This document shows positions 1 to 12,221 of a stretch of 63,590 nt of DNA, in pieces; position 1 is the first letter of the stretch, and each line of letters opens with the position of its first letter. A program made the translations under genes and the position numbers. This stretch comes from Lama guanicoe (Eukaryota): assembly GCA_013239625.1 (NCBI GenBank), contig MU054220.1:485269-548858 (forward strand), given 5' to 3'. The notes below the pieces were generated by a model, which worked only from the letters and a program-made list of their open reading frames with translations, did no database searches and was not told the origin of the DNA.

Positions 1-20
1 TATATATATATATATATATA
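1..20. repeat. (TA)n microsatellite, truncated by the window edge
   Basis: (TA)10 read directly. Confidence 0.95.
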
Positions 21-29
21 CAATCAAAA

Positions 30-980
30 TTACATTGCATGAGAAAACAGTTTGGTGTTAATTAACTTTCTGGCTGCCTCCTTCACATCATTATTTCTAA
101 GGCTGTAGATAAGGGGGTTCAACATGGGGATGACAATTGTGTAAAACACAGTGGCTACTTTGATGAAGAGCCATGAGCTTGTGGAGTTGGGCACACAGTA
201 GAGAAGAAGGAGGGTCCCGTGGAAAATGGTGATGGCAGTCAGGTGGGAGGCACAGGTGGAGAAGGCTTTGTGGAGTCTGCTAGTAGAACGCATCTTGACA
301 ATGGTGACAACTATGAAAACGTAGGAGGAGAGGATAATCAGGAGACTACATGCCTCATTGAACGTAGAAATGATGAAACACGTCATCTGACTGAAGTAGG
401 GGTCAGAACAGGCTAGAGAGAGGATGGCAGAATACTCACAACCAAAGTGATTTATGGTGTTGGAACCACAGAAGGACAGTCCCAGAAGAGAATATGTGAT
501 TGTCAAGGAACACATCCCACCCCACGTGTAGGATGCAGCTACCAGGAGGGCACAGAGCTTACGAGACATAGTGACTGTGTAGAGCAGGGGGTTACAAACA
601 GCCACAAGTCGGTCATAGGCCATCACCGCTAACATGAACATTTCTGTAATTACAAATGCACAAACAAAGAAAAACTGTGCCATGCATGCTTTGAAAGAGA
701 TAGCTCTGTCGTCCACAACCAAGATCTCTAGGAGTTTGGGTGTGAATACACTGGAATAACAAATATCCAAAATGGACAAATGGCTGAGGAAAAAGTACAT
801 GGGTGTGTGGAGTTTGGGATGGATCCTTATGACCACGATTATGCCCAGGTTCCCCAGCAGAGTGATCGTGTAGATGGTCAAGAATGCTAGGAAGAGGGGC
901 ACCTGGAGGGGTGGGTATTCTGAGAAGCCCAAGAGGATGAAGGTGGTCACAGAGCTCTGATTTCCCTCATTCAGCACCAT
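30..980 (-). CDS. Olfactory receptor, OR5D-like, 316 aa, intact
   Basis: Starts [23 protein letters not shown]. Motifs [53 protein letters not shown] at 980 follows a CCAG acceptor at 988-985. The ORF-track extension to 1091 is a non-ATG start running through microsatellite-like DNA. Confidence 0.93.
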   Translation of the reverse strand: MVLNEGNQSSVTTFILLGFSEYPPLQVPLFLAFLTIYTITLLGNLGIIVVIRIHPKLHTPMYFFLSHLSILDICYSSVFTPKLLEILVVDDRAISFKACMAQFFFVCAFVITEMFMLAVMAYDRLVAVCNPLLYTVTMSRKLCALLVAASYTWGGMCSLTITYSLLGLSFCGSNTINHFGCEYSAILSLACSDPYFSQMTCFIISTFNEACSLLIILSSYVFIVVTIVKMRSTSRLHKAFSTCASHLTAITIFHGTLLLLYCVPNSTSSWLFIKVATVFYTIVIPMLNPLIYSLRNNDVKEAARKLINTKLFSHAM

Positions 981-2518
981 GACTCTGGATTTTTTAAGTA
1001 AGTAAATGAATAGATGAATAAATGAATAAATGAATGAAAAGGATTGATATTGAGCAGCAGAACATGAGAAGGTGGAGTAAGAGGAACTCACTTACAGCTC
1101 AACCTAAACTAATGAAGGCAACATGGTCATCGTGTACCCACAAGGGTTCTGAAAGCTTCCATTTAAAGTCTTACGTGACAACGTAACCGAATTTGATTAT
1201 GGGCAATTCCCTTTATCCCTCAGAACTTTAGTTTCCTCATCTGGAAAAGAAGAAGAAAACAGTAATTATCAATAGCATTATTTTATATAAATGATTTCTA
1301 AATGTAGGTGATACTTAGAGCATTGAATAGCCCCATGATAAAATGTAACTATATGAGAACAAAGGAGACAGAGTGAAATCAAGAAAAAAAAAAATTGAGC
1401 TGACCATAGTAGCTCCATGATCATGGCAGAAGTGACCTTAGGAAGAGTCAACACTTTTAATACATAAGGAAAAATATGTTAGTAAATTTCTTTGGAGAAA
1501 GAAGTATTCTCCATTCACAAGTCTGTATTGGTAAATTGAATGTTTAGCTGTCTAAGTATATCCCATTATTAAGGACTCATAGAACATCTGCTTAACAGGA
1601 TCTTCAAGTGGTCTCCTCAAAAACTCCACTAATAGCTAAGTTCTCTCAGTTACACATCCACCAAATGGTCATTTATAAGGCTCAAAATTAGTAAGCATAT
1701 TCCTAAATTAAATTAATTTAATTAATTCTCATTCAGCCTCAGTCCCTTATTACATATGTAGCTTTAGCAAACTGTTAACTTTATGAACCTCAATTTTATC
1801 ATCTATGAAATGCTAATAATAGGACTATCCTTGGTCATTTAATGCTTAGTGCAGAAGTCTCAAATCAGGTATGCCTTTAAATTATTTGAGAACACGTCCT
1901 ACACTTAGTTAAAGCCTCTACAAGTATCAGCTCCCTTCCACCTGAATTTTCTAATGTTGTTTTTTTCCAAGAAAATGCCATCAGTTCCAAGTGTTTAAAA
2001 TGTCTTTTCATGCACATATGCCATGTGATTTTAAGAAGGGTTTTATATCCTGGATTCCTTTTAAATTTAGATTTTCCCTCAATCTGAGAGTCACGGTTGT
2101 TGCATTTCTAATTTACTGACATGTAGTCTTTGTTTTCCCCTGGTTTTCCAAACTCCATCTTGTTCTGTCTGACTTTCTTGTTTGTCATCTCATATCTTTG
2201 ACTGTGGGAAAGTCAATCAGAGAAAAATTCAAAAGGAGAAATTTTCAACGTGTATCTCCTTCTTTGTTTACATTGTTATCAGCTATCTAATCATCCAGAC
2301 ATAAGATTTCCAGCTATCCTATCAACCACAGTTCAATCTGTAAGATTAACTTTGTTGACTTTCTTAGCCTCTTATGTAATAATATAAGTACTTTTGAAGG
2401 CATTTTAGACTAAATGAATCAAATTAAAATGTTTCAGCTTAGATTTCTGTAATACTTTTAGGAACTACCTAACCACATCCTGTTGTCAATACAAAACTGC
2501 TTAACTCATAGAAGTATT

Positions 2519-2645
2519 ATTTTGGGGGGTTGGGTAATTAGGTTTAGATATCTACTTAATACTTTTTTTTAATGGAGGTACTGGGGATTGAACCTGAGAC
2601 CTCCTGCATGCTAAGCATGTGCTCCACTACTGAGTATACCCTCCC
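2519..2645 (-). mobile_element. tRNA-derived SINE, camelid Vic-1-like
   Basis: Minus strand reads GGGAGGGTATACTCAGTAGTGGAGCACATGCTTAGCATGCAGGAGGTCTCAGGTTCAATCCCCAGTACCTCC (A and B boxes), then an A-rich linker and a CCTAATTACC..CCCC tail. Confidence 0.85.
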
Positions 2646-3195
2646 TAGACTATTTTAAACCTTTATCATACAAAACCAAGTCATTCACATCTTCCAATCT
2701 TCAACCATTTATCCCACTGAGATCCCACTTTTCCCCCCATTGTATCACCATTTCACAAATTACTACCTAACTCTTCCAGGAAAACTTTGCTGTTTAAATG
2801 TTTCTCTTACTGCACTTTCTTTTCACATATAACATCATTATATTTACACAATGCCTAGCATATTTTGCTATTTATTATGCGTGTATGTGTTTCTGTGTGT
2901 ATGCATGCACATTTGAATGTGCATTAGCTTTTTCTCTGAATAATATCACTTTTTTAGGATAAGACTTACACTTACCGTTTCTTCTATTAGCCCCTAATGG
3001 GCTTAACATAGTGATCAGAGACATATTTTCAGTTTTAGGACAATGGTCCTCAGATAATAAAAGTAGAAATTAGCCTACTGAACATAAGCCATGAACTAAG
3101 TAAATATTGCTTGACTTGGCTCACACACATTTCCCCTGCCAAGAATTTGCTGGATTCCAAAATCCCTGAGATCAGAATGAAAGATGATCCTAAGC

Positions 3196-3218
3196 TGAAT
3201 CAACTCACCAAATGCCAT
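3196..3218 (-). other. Candidate 5' exon end and splice donor for the OR at 30-980
   Basis: G|GTGAGTTGATTCA with GT at 3208-3207. The same 14-mer occurs upstream of the paralog at 11028-11041. Confidence 0.55.
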
Positions 3219-6200
3219 CTTTTCCTGATGTATGTTTATTGATGGCTTCCTTGCTAGGACGAATAAGCTGCATACACACTCTGTCTCAAAATTGAAAATT
3301 TTGTTTAAATATTTCCAGTCTTTTAATCAAAAAGTTGATGATTCTTACAAAATGTAATTAATAAAGATACCAAAAAATGTCATTTTTCCAACTATCAGGA
3401 AATTGTGAAGGGAGCAGGGAGATACCCTTGAGGAATAGACAGACCTAGAAATTATACTCTATGATTGTGTTATTTGTTTTATATCTAACTGCCTAACCTT
3501 GGGGACATAGACCTTGGAGAATTCTGACATAGTTTACTGTCATGAGGTACAAAGAAAATAATTAACGCAAACTACCTCTTCTTCAACTTAGAGTGTAACT
3601 GACTCATTGACATGTTGCTTATGCCTTAAAAATATTGATCACAATATAGAGATGATACTTCTTAAAATCATAAAAAATTTACAATATGTTTTCTAATGAT
3701 CTTAACATAATTGTGGCTGATAGGATGTGTTTATTTAGTCTTATGTCTGGATGTGTATTTATATAGATTCATGATGTTTTTTGTTCTATCCGGAATGCAC
3801 ATGCTTTCTGCTGGGGGTTGAAAGAGTTGGGGGTTGGGAGAGTGGGGGTATTTTAGGCATCCTGATCATGGTCATGGGTCCAACTGTCTCCCTTCAGTAC
3901 AGCCACAGAGGTCATAGCAACAATGTCTTAAATTCATCTGTGTAATTCCTGCATCTACTCCTCTAGGTTGCATATCAAGAAAGAAAGCCATGTTAAATAT
4001 TGACCCAATACAATTACACTACATACTTTCCTGATTAGGAAGTCCTGAGATACGTGCATATGTAGGGGCGTCGGAAAACAAAAGTTACACGTATTGTTTA
4101 AAGGGGTTGATAATTATTCTGCAGCTAATATTGAAAGATTAAACCAAAGTGGTAGTCCAAAACTCAGCACCTAATTGAAGTTCACATTTACAAGTGTAAG
4201 CTATTTTTAATATGGAGTGGCTAAGAAAAAAGACAATATCTGCTTACCTGCTTGAGCATCTCTTGGTTGACCTATGTAAAAGCAGTTGATCTTTCAACTA
4301 AAAGCTTGTCAGGGATTAAATCATCAAAAATGCTTTTAAATCCAACCAAAGGATTATTTTAAAAAAGATCACTTGAAACAGAGACTTTTTTTTCTATTTA
4401 CAGATTTTTTTTTCTTTTACAAATTTCTCTATCTGCATTATAGAGCAAAACTGAAAGAGTCAGATAGCTGAAGTCCATGTGGGCAGAAAAAAAAATTAGT
4501 GCAACAAGTCCTACTTTTAATACTATTAATTCTATATATTGTCATGCTATAATTCTAAATCTTTACCCTCTAAATTTTGTTCAGAATTGCATGCAGGTTT
4601 TAGTTAAAGAAAGAACTGTGTGTGTGATATAACTTGTTTTCATCCTCCAATGCGTGGTTTTGTTAAAACTTCAAGACCTTAATTTCATAAATTCTGATGG
4701 TGTTTTTAGATTCAGAAACCCAGACTATGGCTGTCCCAAGAGAGGGTTTGGGGATTGCATTATCTAAATAAATAAAAAAATGGATGTCTTAATTATGTGT
4801 AATATGCTATCTTTGAGTGTTAAAAATATAGAAATATTTCAATAAAGTACTGCAAAATTCAAAAGTTAAAGATTTATTGAACCAGTGGGTGCCAAACATT
4901 CTTGATCAAGTGATAAATGAGCAAACGCATTTATTTATAGAATTTGTCTTTTTTTCTTTTCTACAGCAATAGGCTGCAGAGAGAGAAAACAAAGGAGAAA
5001 TTAAAAGAGGGGAAAATGAAGCTGTAGGAAATTACTTTTCAGGAGAGATGCTGAGGTTCAAAGCTAGAGAGATATTAGAAAACGTATATGAACCCAGTCA
5101 AATTGCTAAAAAAAAATATTTTCAAAAGGGAGAAATCTATCATTTGCTTGGGATAGAAAAATTGACTATAACCAACAGACTCTGACAGACAATAAAAGGA
5201 AATAGCAAAGTAGACTGGAATGCCAGGGGTACCCCAGATCTCTGCAGACCACATCATCAACAAAATTATTAGCACACGTTGAGAAGTATATAATTTCTGA
5301 CACATAATTTTATCATAATGAAATTTAGGAAATTTTCCCAGTGGCTTAGAAAAAGGAAGATTCTTTGGGGCTATCAAAAATATTTCAGGTTCTCTTACGG
5401 TTAATTCTGCCAAAGTTTTGATGCCCAGAATTTTGGATTTTTTTTTTCCTGTAAGTTCTCTAGGGCAATCAGAAGAATCCAGAATCCACACCCCTCTTCT
5501 TCCCATTTCTTGTGGCCACCATGTTTTCCATGACAAGAATTCTGCATCAGCTACGTGATTTTTCAAGATATTTCATTCAGGGACCACTTTATCACAATCA
5601 TTCAAAAGGCTAATTTAATAAACCATGCTGTTACTGCAGACTATGGGTTACTGGAATTCCATTTTTATTTGCATGGTGCTTAGCACTGCCTTCAAGGCCA
5701 AGGATATGTCCAAATACTCATCTTCGAAGGTTTATTTCAAAAAATTACCACTACTAATCTGGGCTCATTTGGGAAAATATAAACCTCACTAGGAGGTTAT
5801 GAAAGGAAATTATTTAAACATGTGTTGAAAAGTTGATTTAAAAAAGAAAAAAGAAAGAAACCTGTTATGACACAGTGATGATTAGTGCAGGAAAGAGCTA
5901 ACTTCCCTAGAATTGGGGGATGTTCGAATTAACAGAATACAGAAAGATGGAGACAGGTATCCTAGATCAAAAAACTAATAGAACCACAACACATGTATCT
6001 CTTCTTACTCTTTTCTTGTAAATCTTTATCATGATTGGTAACACACAATTAGAAAAGGCAAGTTATTATATTTAATCTCAACCAGTTATTTGCTTAAAGC
6101 AATCCAATGATCTATCATTTATTTTAAAACTTTGGTAAAACCTATCATAGTCCTGGATTATCTGTTATCTGCGTTGAGTTATCTGACATTATCAAGGAAG

Positions 6201-6610
6201 GATGTTTTTGATGAGGTAAATGCTTTCATCAATCTTTCGCAGATTTTGAGCTGAATTCTTCAGGTCGCCCTATACTCCTGACCCATAACATTTCAGCTCT
6301 ACCAGAAGTAGATAACTATGGTACAGCTTAATTTTGGGCTTAGCCACATGGTTTTCTTTGACTCATAAAAGGTCAACAGGTGAGACTCCAAACAGGAACC
6401 TGAAATATTATTTTGTTATCTGACATAATTTACTGTGACTCAGCTTTCAACATAGGCGATTAGCCAAATGGTCCAAGGAAGATGACGTGCACACAGGTGT
6501 ACAGAGTGAAGATTGGCTGATGCAGTCAGCTTGGCCTCGATGCTCAAGGGGCTCAGCCAGTCTCAGCGGAGCCACCTCAGCGCAGCCAGCGATTCAGAAG
6601 GATTCCTACT

Positions 6611-6625
6611 GCTGCCTCCTACTGG
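6611..6625 (-). promoter_or_regulatory. CTCF-like motif
   Basis: CCAGTAGGAGGCAGC, one mismatch to CCASYAGRKGGCRS, inside a small CpG-retaining patch. Confidence 0.4.
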
Positions 6626-6674
6626 AGCTCACAATTGTTTTCTTTTTATCAATAAGTTACGTGCTCAAGTAGAT

Positions 6675-6830
6675 CTTTGTAATGTATCTTGATCAATACC
6701 ATGGTTACCACATTGTACTATCATGGGGGAAACTGGGTAAAAGATATTGGGATCTATGTTATTTTTTTACAACTTAAAGTGAATCAAAAAGTATCTCAAT
6801 CAAATTTCCAATAAAGAAGTAAATAAAGTA
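6675..6830 (+). mobile_element. Old L1 (L1MC-like) 3' end fragment
   Basis: gggggaaactgggtaaaagatattgggatct...ttttttacaact...gtgaatc followed by an A-rich tail. Confidence 0.55.
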
Positions 6831-7490
6831 AAACCACATTGACTTAAGTGGAAAAACCAGATTGCTGGGCATATAGCTCCAGAGTGTGCATCATTTTCTT
6901 GCACTAGCACAACGTGGCACTATGGTCATGGTTGCCAGTTATAATTTAACTATACTGTATTTGGATGTTTTAAGTGAGATATATTTCCTATTTATTTATT
7001 TTTTTTTTGGCCTGGGAATCTTCCAATACCAAAATTATTCTTGTGGAATTAAATATATTTTCCTTAAAAGATATTACTATACATCAATAAAAATAAATGA
7101 ATAACAAAAAAGATATTTAGTGTTTGATGTCAAACTGCTCGTAATTACTACATTCATATTGAGAAGTAAACTTCCTCATTATAAGCTCTAACGCTTCAGA
7201 TCATCTGAAAAATCCTACACTTCACATGACTTAATTGAATGAAAATTGGTCCAGGACAACCACATGGTCATGTGTATGAACGTAGAAACCTTTATGGTTC
7301 ATAATCTGAAACAAAAATTTACTTTGAGAAGTCTTTTATTCCTACTATTGTCATTTTACTGATTTCATTACACATAAGAGTGAACATATCTTGGACTTTC
7401 AGTTGCAAGGTTAGCAAGATTTGTGTATTGATTTGCTACTGAAAAACCCTTACTGTACTCTCAAAAAGAAATAATGAATATTTTCTAGCT

Positions 7491-8433
7491 TTACACTTTT
7501 TCACAGAACAATTTAATATTGATTAATTTCTTCACTGACTCCTTCACATCTTTGTTTCTGAGGCTGTAGATCAGAGGGTTCAGCATGGGGATGACCACGG
7601 TGTAAAAGACAGAGGCCACCTTGACCATAAGCCATGAACTTTTGGAGTTAGGGACACAGTAGAGGAAGAGGATGGTCCCATGGAAGATGGTGATGGCAGT
7701 CAGGTGGGAGGCACAGGTGGAGAAGGCTTTGTGGCGCCCCCCAGTGGAGGGCATCTTCAAGATAGTGATAAAAATGAAAACATAGGAAGTGAGAATGATC
7801 ACCAGGCTGCTTACTTCATTGAATGTGGCAGAGACTAAAAGGACCTTCTGGCTAATGTAGGGGTCAGAGCAGGAAACAGCAACAATGGTGGAGTATTCAC
7901 ACACAAAGTTATTTATGACATTATCCCCCCTAAAAGATAATTCCAATAGAAAGTAGGTAAGAGTCAAGGAACAAGCCACACTCCAAGAGTATGACGCAGC
8001 CACCAACAAGGAACAGCGCTTCTGAGACATCACAGCCGTGTAGAGAAGAGGGCTACAAACGGCCACAAATCGGTCATAGGCCATTGCTGCCAACATGTAG
8101 GTTTCCGTCACAACAAACATGCAGGCAAAGAAGAACTGCAGGATGCATCCTGTGAAGGAGACGGTTCTGTCTTCTACAACCAAGTTTTCCAGCAGTTTGG
8201 GTGTAACCACTGTAGAGTAACAGAAGTCAGCAAAGGACAAGTGGCTGAGGAAGAAGTACATGGGGGCGTGGAGTCTGGGACTGAGCTTGATGGTCAGGAC
8301 CACGCCCAGGTTGCCCAGCACCGTGACCGTGTAGACGGTCAGGAACACCAGGAAGAGGGGCAGCTGGAGTTCCGGGTACTCTGAGAAGCCCAAGAGAATG
8401 AAAGTGACCTCAGCGCTCTGGTTCTCTTGGTTC
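7491..8433 (-). CDS. Olfactory receptor, OR5D-like, main coding exon with no ATG of its own (probable second coding exon)
   Basis: Open frame [20 protein letters not shown]...[15 protein letters not shown]...[10 protein letters not shown]...[16 protein letters not shown]. Acceptor ttttatccacag|G at 8434/8433. There is an in-frame TAG further upstream and no ATG before PMYFF. Confidence 0.88.
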
Positions 8434-11040
8434 CTGTGGATAAAATATGAAAGTTGGTTCAGCGACGAGGAGCAAAATTTGGACGTGGATGGCTAAAATG
8501 AGGAAATGTCGAGAGACTTGGTGAGTATCTGTAAGTAGTGTTGTGGAAAATACTTGATTTCAATTCTTAAACTTATTTTAAAAGCTAGAATTTACTAGTG
8601 TCACCGTTATAGGGTGAGCATAAAATTTGTGCAAATGGAGTAGTAAGTTAGTTGAGAAAAGTGGAACAAAAATAGAGTTGATCTGTTATATTTCAAATGA
8701 TCAGATCCAGTCCCCTCAGAGGCAGCTGGTTTCATGAGACAGATCAGCGTAGCTTTTTGCATGAATATGAGACAGCTAAAGTCCTGTTCTTGAAAGAAAT
8801 GTGTATCATAAATTTTTACAATTTCTTCCTTGCCTGACTTATTTAACTGTGAGAAATTAGAACTCAGAAAAGAATTATTGACCCAGCACAATGGTCAAGT
8901 TACTTTATTTTGCTTTTTTTTAACTACGGTTGGTGTAGCTATTACTGAATTTACCTTTCCAGTTAACTACTTAGCACTCAGTCACATTTCTCTCCTCGTA
9001 TTTTAGAAATTTCCTGCAGAAGAATAATGTACTTCAAGAGCTACATTTATCTAATTATCAAAATTGTAAAATCTGTTACTGTTACGTCTTGTTCTATCAA
9101 GTAGTTAAAGAGACTCGTGGTAGAAATAAACTTAATTGTATTCTCTTCACACTATTTTTCTTATGCCAGAGAACTTTCTACAACATCATTATTAAATGGT
9201 CAACTTACTCTAACTCAAAACTCCCAAAGATGGGGCACTGCTTCCTGATGTATGGTTAGACCATGGTTTTCTACTGAGTTAAAGATTTTCTTGCTCTGAG
9301 TAGGTTTCCACAGACATAAAGATAACTCTTGCAGCGCCCTATACTGTTATCTTCATGATCTCATCCAATAGTTCTTTCTCTACTTGACCGATGGCCATGG
9401 TCCTACTCTGTCAACTATTGTCAGCCCTCAAAAATGACAACTTCAGCCACATCTGTAACCTAGTACACATTGTACTTATTTTCTGTCATTTACCATTTTA
9501 TCATTGTCTGTTCTACAGCAAAATCAAATTCACGCAACAAAGATGGAAGAAAGTAGGCACTCAATAATATGTATTGAATAAATAAATATATGAGTATGTG
9601 AGTGAGTAAAGTCTACGTATATAATAAGCATATTGGGGTAAAAACTCTAATAATACTCTAATTGTAATAATATTATAATAATATTAAAGAAGTTAGACTT
9701 GCCTACTAAGGCAGCAGCACGCTGTGAACTCACAGTGCGCTGAGACACACCTGGAGTCCTAGGAAACAGCAGCCACTGTGCAACCTTCCTGGGCCCTGAG
9801 CTTCCTGAATTAGCATAAAATAAAGATACGTATGGAGATAAAAGGACGCATTGAATTCTTTTTTTTAAAAAGGCCTGTGTTCCTCCAAAACGCTTCAACT
9901 GTCTTTTTTTTTTCTTTTTACTGTAATTTTTTGCTATAATTCATTCTTCTCAAAGCCACTTCCAAATCTTTCTGAAACCTAAAATGGCACTTTGCATAAA
10001 GGGATGTTCATTCCACACAGAATTCTGTAAAAATCCTGCCTTATCAGGAGCTGAAATCAAACACTGTTTTGTTTTCCAGTTATTACACCTAACCCTCTCT
10101 ATGTAGCACTTGAGGTTTTCCTGTACATACAGAAGGACATCATTCACATAGCTCTGCTTTTTCTTCTTCAATTGTTCCTTTACTGTCCTTTGACACTTGT
10201 GATTTAATCCCTCATCACTTTTATGATTTCCTAAAAGTATATTTCAGTTTAACATAAAACTCTTTTTAAAAAGACTGAGTTTTAAGTTAAACTTAAATAC
10301 TCAAACACAGAATGCAGATTCTGTACCTGAAGAGACTTTTTCCCAAATCTGTGTTCATCCCCTGTGGCTCTTGTAAACAAAGTCTGAGTAGCCAGGACTG
10401 AGAAGGAAATCACCGCCATCAAAGATAAAGACATTTCGCCATGCGTATTCAGTTCCTCCTCATGCACACATCTTCCCCACACCTGTGGCTCTGCGTTTCA
10501 CCTCCTGCACTCCGTGTTTATCGGTGGACTTGGGGCCAATGTTCACAGTCTTGCATTTAGCCCCAGGAAGTGTCAATCGTGTTCAGCTGAGAACACGAAT
10601 GTCCTGTCCACTGTTTCTCTCCCTTCCGGTGACATCTCTCCTGGAACGATTTTCACATCGTAGACCCACTATGCACTCAGTACTATAACAGGCTTTTTAG
10701 AAACTATACAATTATAAAACACGAGCCTCATTCTCAGTTTTTTTCCTTACGAGAAACATTCCAGGGAATAATGCATATAAGCACAAAAGACACACTGAAA
10801 CACACAATTCTTATTTGTTATTTAAGTTTGTGCAGATAAAGTAAAGGATAAGAATATTGCAATTGAGAAAAACTGAAACATTTCTCAGTGATGTAGGCTG
10901 GTGAATAGTAAGTGATAAATGTGGTGAAAGATAAGGAACTGAATACTTCTAGTGAGCTGCACTAAATAGGTCACCTGGCCGTTAGTTTTACACATGTGCT
11001 ATTTTCCTTTTAAAATGAAATAGGGATTGAATCAACTCAC

Positions 11041-11066
11041 CGGAGTGCAGAATTTGACTTATTCAT
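11041..11066 (-). CDS. Predicted first coding segment (MNKSNSAL+CG) of the OR at 7491-8433, within exon 11041-11149
   Basis: Acceptor ttcctatttttttttcag|G at 11150/11149 and donor CCG|GTGAGT at 11041/11040. Single ATG at 11066. 26 nt + 943 nt = 969 nt, in frame (322 aa + stop). Confidence 0.72.
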
Positions 11067-11329
11067 TTAATGGAGTTTGTTTGCTAATATTAATGGATTC
11101 CAGAAAAATTCCTGCTGAGAATTCAACTATTTTTAGTATAGTAATAAACCTGAAAAAAAATAGGAACAGAAATCTACAGTATATTGCAATGAATATTTCA
11201 GGAATAATGACCTTTTCCTCTAATCTATTAAAAAATAAACTCAGAGATGACAAAGAGAAAAGGAGGCCAAAAAGCTGACCCCTAACACCAGACTGTTACG
11301 TTTATATGCCATCAAAACCGTAGGGAGCT

Positions 11330-11450
11330 TAACCCTGGAGAATATTGTTGACTCTCGCCTTGGGGATGAGAAATAGAGCAATTAGATGAAGCAATTCCCT
11401 GTGTGATGTTTTGGGCATATTTGATTTCTTCTAAAGATTGGGGAATAATT
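11330..11450. promoter_or_regulatory. Cluster of O/E (EBF)-like and homeodomain-like motifs, candidate OR promoter element
   Basis: ACCCTGGAGA, CCTTGGGGA, CAATTAG, TTCCCTG and TTGGGGAATAAT within about 120 bp upstream of exon 11041-11149. Confidence 0.35.
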
Positions 11451-11515
11451 TCATCATAAACTCTAATCAATTGTCTTTTTAAAATGTTGAACAAGATGAT
11501 ATCTTTTGTCTTTAA

Positions 11516-11607
11516 TTTTTCTTTTTAATAAAGGTGCTGGGGATTGCACCCCAGACCTCAAGCGTGCTGACCATGCACTCTACCACTGAGCTAAATCCAC
11601 TCCCCTA
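11516..11607 (-). mobile_element. Vic-1-like SINE with target-site duplication
   Basis: tRNA-like head on the minus strand. TSD TTTTGTCTTTAA at 11504-11515 and 11608-11619. Confidence 0.85.
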
Positions 11608-12068
11608 TTTTGTCTTTAAACACTGGAAAAATACAGAAATGTACAAAAGAAAAATCAGCTATTGGGCGACAATCCAAAGATTCTTACTCATTGTTGACTT
11701 CCGGGTTTTCCTTTGCTACATGAATATGTATTCATCAGTGTGTATCTGGAAATAAAACTTATACAATACATACCATATTATAGTTATAGTGTTCATTCTC
11801 CTTTCTTTAATTTAACATTGTGTTGTGAGCTTTATTTTCTATGAAAACCACTGATTTTGAGATAATAAGGTTTGTATTACTCTCCAAACATGAACACAAT
11901 TCTATTTAATTCTTAGATTTATTTTTGAAATTGAAAAAAGAGCTGGCACTCTATTTTTTTAAATTTGTAATCTAAGTTTATGGGAAGGAGAATGCATTTA
12001 TTTTTTTGAGGAACTACCATATTTTAACAGATAAAACATTTCAATTCCAGTGACTTGATTTAATAGAA

Positions 12069-12221
12069 CAGGTACAGCAAACTTTTCGTATATTTTAGGT
12101 TTTGTGGGCCATGTAGTCTTAATTTCAACATTTTGATTCTTCATCTTGAGGCAGGGATGCAGTCACAGACAATACACAAACCGATAGGCCTGGCTCGTGG
12201 GTTGTAGTTTGTCAACCCGTG
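12069..12221 (+). mobile_element. MER58A-like hAT-Charlie MITE, internally deleted
   Basis: CAGG..CAGCAAACT start and TAGTTTGTCAACCCGTG end (degenerate TIRs). 8-bp TSD TAATAGAA/CAATAGAA. Confidence 0.75.

Noticed and set aside
219..632. Antisense ORFs over OR genes (also 20941-21312, 27799-28125, 36168-36485, 47106-47318)
   Set aside because: Expected shadow frames of OR codon usage, with no independent support
981..1091. 37-aa N-terminal extension of the first OR in the ORF track
   Set aside because: Non-ATG start, runs through a TTCA/TTTA-type repeat and lies upstream of a splice acceptor, so it is probably intronic
2575..2645. Possible tRNA gene
   Set aside because: Degenerate cloverleaf, A-rich tail and dispersed copies with TSDs indicate a SINE
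5075..5566. 163-aa minus-strand ORF
   Set aside because: TTG start, low-complexity AT-rich composition and no recognisable domain
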